From the NCBI GenBank assembly GCA_965205015.1, contig OZ242029.1, positions 3,744,001 through 3,808,000 of the forward strand: DNA of 64,000 bases. Direction: 5' to 3'. The stretch is from Candidatus Poribacteria bacterium. GTDB taxonomy: Bacteria; Poribacteria; WGA-4E; WGA-3G. The notes under the pieces are model-generated. The model was given only the letters and a program-made list of their open reading frames with translations, did not search any database and was not told the DNA's origin. Every line of letters starts with the position of its first letter. Position 1 is the stretch's first letter. A program made the position numbers and the translations under genes. Shown here piece after piece: positions 1-8,124 of this stretch.

Positions 1-229
1 TTTCTGCTCGAAAAAGCTGCCATGTTTCACGCTTAGCCCCTTGCGTAACCACCGCGACAACATGGTTGGGCAACTGGGATTCCTCAAGTAGTTTTACCAA
101 TGCCAATGGCGTGAGGTCGGTCTTGACTGTTCGTCCATTCCATCGATACTCTGTTTCAGTCGCTCGCATTCCGAGGCTGGTCAGTAAAATATGTTCTTTA
201 CCTGACGATTCGTAGATTGCCTTCTTCAT
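1..229 (-). CDS. csx1: 5' part of probable CRISPR-associated CARF protein (TM1812/Csx1-like); runs off the window edge
   Basis: Manual translation from ATG at 229 gives MKKAIYESSGKEHILLTSLGMRATETEYRWNGRTVKTDLTPLALVKLLEESQLPNHVVAVVTQGAKRETWQLFRAE..., open to position 1. The pattern hhhS/TxLG...ETxYxxxG...T...AL...VVxVxTxxAK...W resembles the TM1812/Csx1 N-terminal CARF; next to a CRISPR array. Confidence 0.6.
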   Translation of the reverse strand, partial: MKKAIYESSGKEHILLTSLGMRATETEYRWNGRTVKTDLTPLALVKLLEESQLPNHVVAVVTQGAKRETWQLFRAE

Positions 230-431
230 AAGAATTGTTTCAATTGTTGTCTCAAACGTTCTGAGGTTTCATCCGTAATAACGTAGCACAATGTGGTTTT
301 GCTAAAGTTTGAACAGTCTTTAAGAAAGCTCAGGGGTTACCTAAGCAAACGACGTTTGAAAAATCAAGCAAACTATGGTGAGACACATTCATGACTCGTA
401 TTAGGAGCTAATACAATATCCCTGCATAGCA

Positions 432-469
432 AGCATAGCATAATTTGATTTATTAAGTCAAATCAAATT
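432..469 (-). promoter_or_regulatory. putative sigma70 promoter of the csx1-like gene with an overlapping palindromic operator
   Basis: Minus strand TTGACT (461-456), 18 nt, TGcTATGCT (-10 at 437-432); perfect inverted repeat AATTTGATTT-N8-AAATCAAATT at 442-469. Confidence 0.45.
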
Positions 470-637
470 TTCAAAAAAGTGCTTAATTGGGGCGAAGAAT
501 TCTACTGATTTTTTCCGAATTTCAGAGTGATATTTTTATCCACTGTTTGTGGGTTGGTAAAGGGGAGCTGTCAAAAGGTATGGAAATATAGGTTCGACTA
601 AACTAAAGAAGGGGATCGGAAAAGTGCTACGGGATAG

Positions 638-673
638 GTTTCCAATCCCTTCAAGCAGGAAAGCACGGGGAAG
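638..673 (-). repeat. highly degenerate terminal CRISPR repeat
   Basis: gtttccaatcccttcaagcaggaaag matches 20 of the first 26 positions of the repeat consensus; same orientation, at the trailer end. Confidence 0.6.
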
Positions 674-760
674 TAGCAGTCGGCAGTCAATTATCAGCAG
701 CCAGTTATTGGACAGAGTCCCTCTTTAACTAACAACTGATAACCGAAAACTGACAACTAT
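674..760. repeat. heptamer-armed palindromic dispersed element
   Basis: AGTTATC/AGCAGTC-like arm ... CCCTCTTTAAC + ACTGATA/ACTGACA-like arm; reverse complement of the elements at 28113 and 44430. Confidence 0.7.
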
Positions 761-3545
761 CACATTCCCTACGAACGGGAAGGTGTATCCAAAGTGGATC
801 ATCGTTGACCGGTTTCGGAGGTAAATATTGGTTTCAATTCCCTACGAGTGGGAAGGTGTATCCAAAGCGAATACATTATGCGGACTTAATAGTAAGAATT
901 AATTCGTTTCAATTCCCTACGAGTGGGAAGGTGTATCCAAAGCATTATCAGAAGTGGAGTTTATCCAGAATGATGTGTTTCAATTCCCTACGAACGGGAA
1001 GGTGTATCCAAAGCATTCAAGGATGGCGATGAGGTCCGAAGGATAGAAAGAGTTTCAATTCCCTACGAGCGGGAAGGTGTATCCAAAGTGTTGGTGTGTC
1101 GGAAAGTGTCTCTGATATGGAGATACAGTTTCAATTCCCTACGAGCGGGAAGGTGTATCCAAAGCCTAATCCTCTATTGCCACGACAACAACATCGAATT
1201 CAGTTTCAATTCCCTACGAGCGGGAAGGTGTATCCAAAGCAAAAACTTCACAACGGGGCAGTTATTGAGAATTATTTTGTTTCAATTCCCTACGAGCGGG
1301 AAGGTGTATCCAAAGCAAATACAGGATGTGGCACAGGGCAGACAACCAATGTTTCAATTCCCTACGAGCGGGAAGGTGTATCCAAAGTAAGTATCGTGGC
1401 GGACAGCAGTGGTATTACTTGTTTCAATTCCCTACGAGCGGGAAGGTGTATCCAAAGTTAAAAACGCAGACGCAGGAAGTCAATGAAAAATCCAGTTTCA
1501 ATTCCCTACGAGCGGGAAGGTGTATCCAAAGTTGCCAACAGGACATCACAGCCCTCGGTAAACACATGTTTCAATTCCCTACGAGCGGGAAGGTGTATCC
1601 AAAGGCGATGTGCTTCTCAGGTTAGCGATTGAGCCAGTGTTTCAATTCCCTACGAGCGGGAAGGTGTATCCAAAGAAACAATGAAAGCAATACCGTCATC
1701 GCGGTTGGAAAGCTGTTTCAATTCCCTACGAGCGGGAAGGTGTATCCAAAGAATAAGATTGGAGATTGCGCTGCAAGGGCATTTACGTTTCAATTCCCTA
1801 CGAGCGGGAAGGTGTATCCAAAGCTTGCTATCGACGCTACCGTCTCCATTGACATCATGTTTCAATTCCCTACGAGCGGGAAGGTGTATCCAAAGATACC
1901 GAAGTCCTAACAGTTGGCCTTGACTATCCAGTCCAGTTTCAATTCCCTACGAGCGGGAAGGTGTATCCAAAGCCGATCGACATCTCGGAGCAGATCGCAC
2001 CGCTCTTTGAGTTTCAATTCCCTACGAGCGGGAAGGTGTATCCAAAGGAGCCGTAGAAGGGTACAAAGACGCGATTGTCTACGTTTCAATTCCCTACGAG
2101 CGGGAAGGTGTATCCAAAGTCTCAAGCAAGCGGGCTCAACGGCGTGCAGATTGGAAAAAGTTTCAATTCCCTACGAGCGGGAAGGTGTATCCAAAGATAG
2201 GTTGAAGGGTGTACCTTAAAAAACCCTTATGTGTAGGAGTTTCAATTCCCTACGAGCGGGAAGGTGTATCCAAAAATGTTGGCTCACCGTGCAATGACCG
2301 ATGACACCCACTTGTTTCAATTCCCTACGAGCGGGAAGGTGTATCCAAAGATTTATATCTAATTTTTGCCGAACTCTTAGCATTTGAGTTTCAATTCCCT
2401 ACGAGCGGGAAGGTGTATCCAAAGGAATTAAAAAAAGCACCAACTCAGCCAAAATTCTTGTTTCAATTCCCTACGAGCGGGAAGGTGTATCCAAAGCACT
2501 GTCAAAGAGGTGGAGGTTTTACCTTACTATCGGTTTCAATTCCCTACGAGCGGGAAGGTGTATCCAAAGCTTTTTCATTCCTCTGTTGGAGGAAACCATG
2601 AAAAAGGGTTTCAATTCCCTACGAGCGGGAAGGTGTATCCAAAGATCTGAACATGGTGAGGAAGGGTGTTCAAGTCCTGAATGTGGGTTTCAATTCCCTA
2701 CGAGCGGGAAGGTGTATCCAAAGGGGATAAGTATCAGGATAACATCAAGAAACAGGAAATGGTTTCAATTCCCTACGAGCGGGAAGGTGTATCCAAAGGT
2801 GAACCATGATGATGAATTCGCCCTTTCGTGGGCAAACAGTTTCAATTCCCTACGAGCGGGAAGGTGTATCCAAAGACGAGATCGATGACTCTGATGACGA
2901 TGCGGATGACGCTGAGAGTTTCAATTCCCTACGAGCGGGAAGGTGTATCCAAAGATGGCAACCGACATACTAACAGGCATGAACGCAGAGTTTCAATTCC
3001 CTACGAGCGGGAAGGTGTATCCAAAGGCACTCGTCGTCGGTTCTTCATCAATAAACCAGTGCTGTGTTTCAATTCCCTACGAGCGGGAAGGTGTATCCAA
3101 AGAAGACCTTGACACAACCTTAATGGCAGTCACAGCAAGTTTCAATTCCCTACGAGCGGGAAGGTGTATCCAAAGTAGGCGTGAATTGTGCGTGTATCCG
3201 CTCGATGTTACCTGTGTTTCAATTCCCTACGAGCGGGAAGGTGTATCCAAAGATGGCATGTCTGACGACTTGCATGAGACGGATGAGTTTCAATTCCCTA
3301 CGAGCGGGAAGGTGTATCCAAAGTTTTGACAGCGAAACGCACGAGGATCGGCTTGAAGTTTCAATTCCCTACGAGCGGGAAGGTGTATCCAAAGTGAAGA
3401 TTGGGCAGCGGCACGGGAACAGTTTAGCAAGTTGAGTTTCAATTCCCTACGAGCGGGAAGGTGTATCCAAAGTTACATGTTCAGAACATTCACACATCGT
3501 TGTTCGAGGTTTCAATTCCCTACGAGCGGGAAGGTGTATCCAAAG
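758..3545 (-). CRISPR. CRISPR array, 38 repeats / 37 spacers of about 33-42 nt; repeat (minus strand) CTTTGGATACACCTTCCCGCTCGTAGGGAATTGAAAC
   Basis: 37-bp repeat counted from 758/764 to 3509-3545. TTCCC/GGGAA hairpin and ATTGAAAC 3' end on the minus strand. Variant repeats are concentrated at the 758-1013 (trailer) end; the leader lies at the 3545 side. Confidence 0.98.
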
Positions 3546-3808
3546 AGACCCTATTTTGCACCCAGTCGGGGCGTGGCTCCGGATACCCCAAAACCAAACG
3601 CGAACTGCGCGGGGCTTTTTTTGCGCAAAAATTTCTCCCTAAAATCCCACGAACCCTTATGAACATTGACCCAAACGCGATTTTTCAACAAAAAAGGTTC
3701 GGAAGCAAGGCACTATCTATGTTCTTGGGCAATTTGTGTGGCATTCCCCCCTGATAGGGGAATCGCGTTTGTTTTTATAAGTATACGCGAAATTTGTTAA
3801 AATGTCAA
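3546..3808 (-). promoter_or_regulatory. CRISPR leader with sigma70 promoter
   Basis: Minus strand TTGACA (3808-3803), 17 nt, TATACT (3785-3780), pointing into the array; non-coding with A/T tracts. Confidence 0.75.
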
Positions 3809-3835
3809 GAAAAAATTTATCCAGAGTTTTCAGAA

Positions 3836-3863
3836 GTCGGGATTCGGAGATCCCGCCTCCCAG
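3836..3863 (+). repeat. REP-like hairpin (GTCGGGATTCGGAGATCCC..CCT(A/C)CAG family)
   Basis: Similar to 4944-4970 and to the interrupted copy at 8067-8112. Confidence 0.55.
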
Positions 3864-4112
3864 AGTTCCAAACGTTCTTCACCTGTTTTGAACCCACGTT
3901 GCTACTTACAGGATTTTCGCTGTGAATCTGCATTTTTGTATCGTTTCCCGTGCGTTTTCGGACGCACAGGAAACCCAGACGCACAGTCTATGCTACAAAG
4001 ATGGCATCTCGCGTTATTTTGCTTGACACGAATTGATTTCTCATCTATTTTATTGTTAGTTTTCAGTTATCGGTGAGTGGTTGCAAAACTGGACGAGGGA
4101 GGTTATACATAG

Positions 4113-4910
4113 ATGGGAATTTTATCGAAGGATCAGCGTAAACAGTGGAGGACAGAGGGATACTTCGTTTTGAAAGGGGTGCTCTCTCCTGAAGAAGTCC
4201 AAGCGTTGAGAGCAACAGTAGACGCAATGGATGCGGCGTTTCGGAAAGGTGAGAATGTCACCGCCGATTCCCTTTTTGACAAGCGGAATGTGATGGAAGA
4301 CAACGATATTTTCGTTGATCTGATGGACCATCCCGTGACGTTTCCGATTGTGCGGGAGTTGTTGGGCGACTACATCCAGCTGAGTATGTCGGAGGTGATC
4401 GTGCGTCCGCCGAACCCGAAAGACCAAGGGTATCTGCACACGGACGGCGGTCAAGCGATGCGAACCATTCGGGTCAGCAAATCGAGTTCACCGCTACAAG
4501 TGAAAATCCATTATTTTTTAACAGATCTTGAGGATCCCGATAGTGGTAACTTCACTGTTGTGCCGGGAAGCCATAATCGGACGTTTCCAGAGACGGGTGT
4601 CAAGGATGGTCCCTATATCCCTGAAGCCGTGCAGTTATGTGTGAAAGCAGGGGATGCCGCCGTTTTTCCGCATGCGTTATGGCATGGGGTTGTCGCCAAC
4701 CGCTCGGAACAAGCCCGAAAAACGCTTATCTACTGCTACAGCCATCACTGCTTCCGTCCGTTTGACTACGAAAAAGCGTCCCCCGAACTGATGGAGCGAT
4801 GCACGCCACGTCAGCGCAGGTTAATCGGGGACATCGGGGATTGGAGACCGGGATCTTATTTTTATTCGCCGGGTGATCAGGAAAAGTTAATCAGTGGGTT
4901 GGAAGAATAG
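4113..4910 (+). CDS. phytanoyl-CoA dioxygenase (PhyH) family 2OG-Fe(II) oxygenase
   Basis: HTD...WHG facial triad, GNFTVVPGSH, AGDAAVF motifs; GGAGG RBS. Confidence 0.9.
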   Translation: MGILSKDQRKQWRTEGYFVLKGVLSPEEVQALRATVDAMDAAFRKGENVTADSLFDKRNVMEDNDIFVDLMDHPVTFPIVRELLGDYIQLSMSEVIVRPPNPKDQGYLHTDGGQAMRTIRVSKSSSPLQVKIHYFLTDLEDPDSGNFTVVPGSHNRTFPETGVKDGPYIPEAVQLCVKAGDAAVFPHALWHGVVANRSEQARKTLIYCYSHHCFRPFDYEKASPELMERCTPRQRRLIGDIGDWRPGSYFYSPGDQEKLISGLEE

Positions 4911-4911
4911 C

Positions 4912-5080
4912 ACTCAGCGATTAGCAGTCGGCTATCAGTAAGAGTCAGGAAACGGAGTTCCGTCCTACAGGAATGATGTTGGTTGTATTGAGTGGAATTG
5001 GGAACGCTAACGGGCTTAGGACGCAAACTAACAGTTTGCGCTACAAGACGGTCGGGAAACAGGGGGTAGGCCTACAGCAG
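4912..5080. repeat. cluster of REP-like elements between convergent genes
   Basis: Heptamer tract 4912-4940; GTCAGGAAACGGAGTTCCGTCCTACAG at 4944-4970; CGCAAAC-TAACA-GTTTGCG-CTAC at about 5022-5044; another CCTAC-ended unit at about 5050-5077. Confidence 0.6.
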
Positions 5081-5090
5081 AGCGAATATT

Positions 5091-5528
5091 TTAGTCGATT
5101 TCGATAACGACGTACTGTTGTTCGACGGTAACTGGAAAGGTATCGGCGACATAAGGACCTTTTTCCGCTCCGGAATTGGATGCCTCGATATTCTCGCCGC
5201 TCTCGACTTGGACCTCGTATTTTCTGACGCGTCGTTGGGCGGGACTCCACCAGGATTGTCCTGTTTTGATGTCGAATTCCCAACTGTGCCATGGGCATCG
5301 GAGAATTTCACCGTGGCGGGTATAGTTATAGGTGCCCGGCGCGGAAGACTCTAAAAATCCAGTGACCAGCCCACTGCACAAGGGACCGCCTTGGTGTGGG
5401 CAGCTATTGCGGATAGCGAAGTACTCGCCATCAATATTAAAGACACCGATGGAGCGTCCGCCGATTTCGACGATTTTGCGTTCACCGGGGGGAATTTCGT
5501 CTGGGGTTGCTACTACGTATTTAGGCAT
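5091..5528 (-). CDS. Rieske [2Fe-2S] ferredoxin
   Basis: CPHQG and CPWH Rieske ligand motifs. Confidence 0.92.
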   Translation of the reverse strand: MPKYVVATPDEIPPGERKIVEIGGRSIGVFNIDGEYFAIRNSCPHQGGPLCSGLVTGFLESSAPGTYNYTRHGEILRCPWHSWEFDIKTGQSWWSPAQRRVRKYEVQVESGENIEASNSGAEKGPYVADTFPVTVEQQYVVIEID

Positions 5529-5529
5529 T

Positions 5530-5588
5530 TAGGTATTGGTTATCAGTTGTCGGTTATCAGTAGGCGAGGTTGGGAAACCTCGCCTATC
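5530..5588. repeat. heptamer tract plus GTAG-type REP hairpin
   Basis: ggttatcagttgtcggttatca followed by GTAGGCGAGGTT-ggga-AACCTCGCCTA. Confidence 0.65.
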
Positions 5589-5608
5589 CATTTTAAAGGG
5601 AAATTGCC

Positions 5609-6685
5609 CTATAGTTTATCGAATGCGTAGAGTTCGCGGGCGTTGTCCGCTAAGATCTTGCGACGCAGTTCCGGTTTCAGGAAGCTGGGTAAAGCACGGT
5701 CAGGCGCATCGAAATCCCAATGCGGGTAATCGGTAGCGAACATGAGTTTGTCGTCCATGTCCATCTGCTCAAGCATCTGCTCGAAATACTCGCGTTTCGG
5801 TGGCTCTTCCATGGGTTGTGTGCTGAGCCAGAAATGATCTCGGATGTATTCCGAGGGTTTCCGTTTAAGGTCAGGCACTTCCACACGCAACTTCTCCCAT
5901 GTCGCATCAAGTCGCCAGATAAGCGGGGGAAGCCATGCGAATCCCCCTTCAATGAGAACAATCTTCAGCGTCGGGAAACGCTCAAACACGCCTTCCATGA
6001 CAAAACTAATGACTTGGGTATGGAAGGCTTGCGGCATACCGCCATGGTCTTCAATGTAATAGGAGGGCCATCCGGCACCTGTAATGGGACCCTGATTGCC
6101 TCCGAAGTGGATAGCGATAGGTAAGTCATACTCACAGGCGGCTTCGTACATTTTCCAGTATCTTCGATTTCCAAGCGGATCCCTCGTCCGTGCGAGGAGC
6201 AAGAGTTGAACAAACGCTGGGTTGGGACCGCAGCGGTGGACCTCCTCAGCCGCAAGATCTCCATCCTCATAAGGAGGAACAATAGAGGCGCGCAAGCGTG
6301 GGTCAACTTCCACCCAATCGGCGACCTGCCAATCGTTGACTGCCCGTGCGAGTGCATCACCAAATTCAAGATTCAGCTGTTCACCAACAGGCATAAGCGG
6401 GGTAAGCACGCCATACTCAATATCGAATGCGTCCAACAATTGCTCCTGCATGAACCCCAAATCTGCCCCCGGAGCGAGTCCTGAGGGGGGCCATGCGTCC
6501 CGTCGTGCGGCGTTCAGGAGTGCACGTGGATAATAGCCGCCGATGCGGCCGCGGAGCCCGAAAGTCTTGTAGTGCTCCTGCCATCGCTCGGATAGGTAAG
6601 GGGACAATCCGCCGGGGGGAACAGAATTGTGGATGTCGCAATCAATAACTGGGAATTTGGAACGTTTCGTCGTTGTGTTTTTCAT
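5609..6685 (-). CDS. amidohydrolase_2 family protein (probable catalytic subunit of an amidohydrolase-related dinuclear oxygenase)
   Basis: IDCDIH, AIH, YIEDH, IEGG and FATDYPHWD motifs; GGAG RBS before ATG 6685 (ORF track extends to 6700). Confidence 0.85.
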   Translation of the reverse strand: MKNTTTKRSKFPVIDCDIHNSVPPGGLSPYLSERWQEHYKTFGLRGRIGGYYPRALLNAARRDAWPPSGLAPGADLGFMQEQLLDAFDIEYGVLTPLMPVGEQLNLEFGDALARAVNDWQVADWVEVDPRLRASIVPPYEDGDLAAEEVHRCGPNPAFVQLLLLARTRDPLGNRRYWKMYEAACEYDLPIAIHFGGNQGPITGAGWPSYYIEDHGGMPQAFHTQVISFVMEGVFERFPTLKIVLIEGGFAWLPPLIWRLDATWEKLRVEVPDLKRKPSEYIRDHFWLSTQPMEEPPKREYFEQMLEQMDMDDKLMFATDYPHWDFDAPDRALPSFLKPELRRKILADNARELYAFDKL

Positions 6686-6723
6686 TGCGTTTTTCTCCAA
6701 AAGACTTAAAAAGTGAAGACAGA

Positions 6724-7794
6724 CTAAAGTTGATAAAAGGCACGTGCGTTCTCGTGTAGAATTTTACGAGCGAGTGTGCCCGGTAATTCTGTCGGGAAAG
6801 CATCGTTAGGCGTGTTGAACTGCCAATGCGGATAATCGGTTGAAAACATTAACATCTCATCGGATTCTAATTGCCCGATAATCTGAAGAAGTTGCTTCGG
6901 GGTCGGTGGTGCATCAATAGGTTGTAAAGTGAATCGAATGTGCTTGCGCATGTATTCAGAAGGTGGGCGTTTGACCCATGGGGTGTTGCTTCGCAGGCCT
7001 CGCCACTCTTTATCAATCCGCCACATAACAGCGGGAAGCCATGTAAAACCGCTTTCAATTAGCACGACACGCAGTTCCGGGAACTGATCGAAAATGCCTT
7101 CTGCAACGAGGCTAATCACCTGTGCTTGGAAGACTTGTGTCATCCCGCTATATTCCTCTATAAATGTAGAGGGCCAGCCAGTCGCAGAGGGTTGAGTGCC
7201 CGGAGCACCGCCGTAATGGATGCCAATAGCGAGGTTATTTCGGACGGCGGCTTCGTAAATCGGATGGTAAATGCGGTTCCCATAAGGGGTACGTGAACGG
7301 ACCGGGAGTATCGCTTGAACAAACCCGGGATGACTGCCAACTCTCTCAATTTCCTTCGCCGCGAGATCTGGAAGTTGGCTTGGAATCACAAGGGAAGCCC
7401 GGAGTCGGGGTTCAGGATCAAGCCAGTGTTCTATCTGCCAATCGTTTACCGCCTGTGCGATAGCCTCAGCGAGGTCAGGATTGTGGACGCTTTGCACGCG
7501 ATAGGCACAATTGAGAATACCGTATTCGAGATTCCAAGCATTAAGTAGGTGTTCACGGACATGTTCGAGATCCACATCCCACGGAGACGGTGCATCGGGA
7601 TGCGTCGTTAGCGGTGCCTGACGCGGATAATCATTTGCATCGGGACCCCTAAAGCCGGAGGTACTACAATAGTCGCACCAGAAATCAGACATGTAAGGGA
7701 AAAGCGTCTGTAAGGTTGGGACTTCGTTATGGATGTCGCAGTCGATCGCTTTGATGCCTGCTTGGACGAAATTCGGGGTATCCTTACTTTCCAT
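6724..7794 (-). CDS. amidohydrolase_2 family protein, paralog of the downstream gene
   Basis: IDCDIH, GIH, IESG and FSTDYPHWQ motifs; GAGGAG RBS. Confidence 0.85.
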   Translation of the reverse strand: MESKDTPNFVQAGIKAIDCDIHNEVPTLQTLFPYMSDFWCDYCSTSGFRGPDANDYPRQAPLTTHPDAPSPWDVDLEHVREHLLNAWNLEYGILNCAYRVQSVHNPDLAEAIAQAVNDWQIEHWLDPEPRLRASLVIPSQLPDLAAKEIERVGSHPGFVQAILPVRSRTPYGNRIYHPIYEAAVRNNLAIGIHYGGAPGTQPSATGWPSTFIEEYSGMTQVFQAQVISLVAEGIFDQFPELRVVLIESGFTWLPAVMWRIDKEWRGLRSNTPWVKRPPSEYMRKHIRFTLQPIDAPPTPKQLLQIIGQLESDEMLMFSTDYPHWQFNTPNDAFPTELPGTLARKILHENARAFYQL

Positions 7795-7822
7795 CTACGT
7801 CTCCTCGATTTGACACAAACAA

Positions 7823-7895
7823 TGGGGCGTACTGGATTTGAACCAGTGACTTCTACCGTGTGAAGGTAGCGCTCGTACCCCTGAGCTAACGCCCC
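7823..7895 (-). tRNA. tRNA-Val(CAC), CCA not encoded
   Basis: GGGGCGT/ACGCCCC acceptor stem; CTACC-TTCACAC-GGTAG anticodon arm; GGTTCAAATCC T-loop. Confidence 0.95.
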
Positions 7896-7906
7896 GCGTA
7901 GGGATA

Positions 7907-7979
7907 TGGGCCCACTAGGACTCGAACCTAGGACCAGCCGGTTATGAGCCGGCGGCTCTGACCACTGAGCTATGGGCCC
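7907..7979 (-). tRNA. tRNA with CAT anticodon, probably tRNA-Ile2 (lysidine type), CCA not encoded
   Basis: GGGCCCA/TGGGCCC acceptor stem; GCCGG-CTCATAA-CCGGC anticodon arm; GGTTCGAGTCC; lies downstream of rpoD like E. coli ileX. Confidence 0.92.
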
Positions 7980-8004
7980 CTTTTAGAACGATTTCAGTGT
8001 AAGA

Positions 8005-8033
8005 ATTATATCATATTTCGCAAAAAATATCAA
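8005..8033 (-). promoter_or_regulatory. sigma70 promoter for the tRNA pair
   Basis: TTGATA-17nt-TATAAT with extended TG. Confidence 0.7.
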
Positions 8034-8040
8034 ATTTTAA

Positions 8041-8112
8041 TAGTTATCAGCCGTCAGCAATCAGGCGTCGAGAATCGGAGTGTTTTTGCTTGGGTATTTC
8101 CCCCTCCTACAG
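8041..8112. repeat. heptamer tract plus a REP hairpin interrupted by a ~20-bp module
   Basis: GTCGAGAATCGGAGT[GTTTTTGCTTGGGTATTTC]CCCCTCCTACAG. Confidence 0.65.
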
Positions 8113-8124
8113 CAAAATTAGCCG

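Noticed and set aside
795-3508. Self-targeting or duplicated spacers within the window
   Set aside because: None spotted by eye; an exhaustive alignment was not possible, so not claimed
805-3754. Many ORF-track entries with recurring FQFPTSGKVYPK / VSIPYEREGVSK / FNSLRAGRCIQ
   Set aside because: Translations of the CRISPR repeat, not proteins
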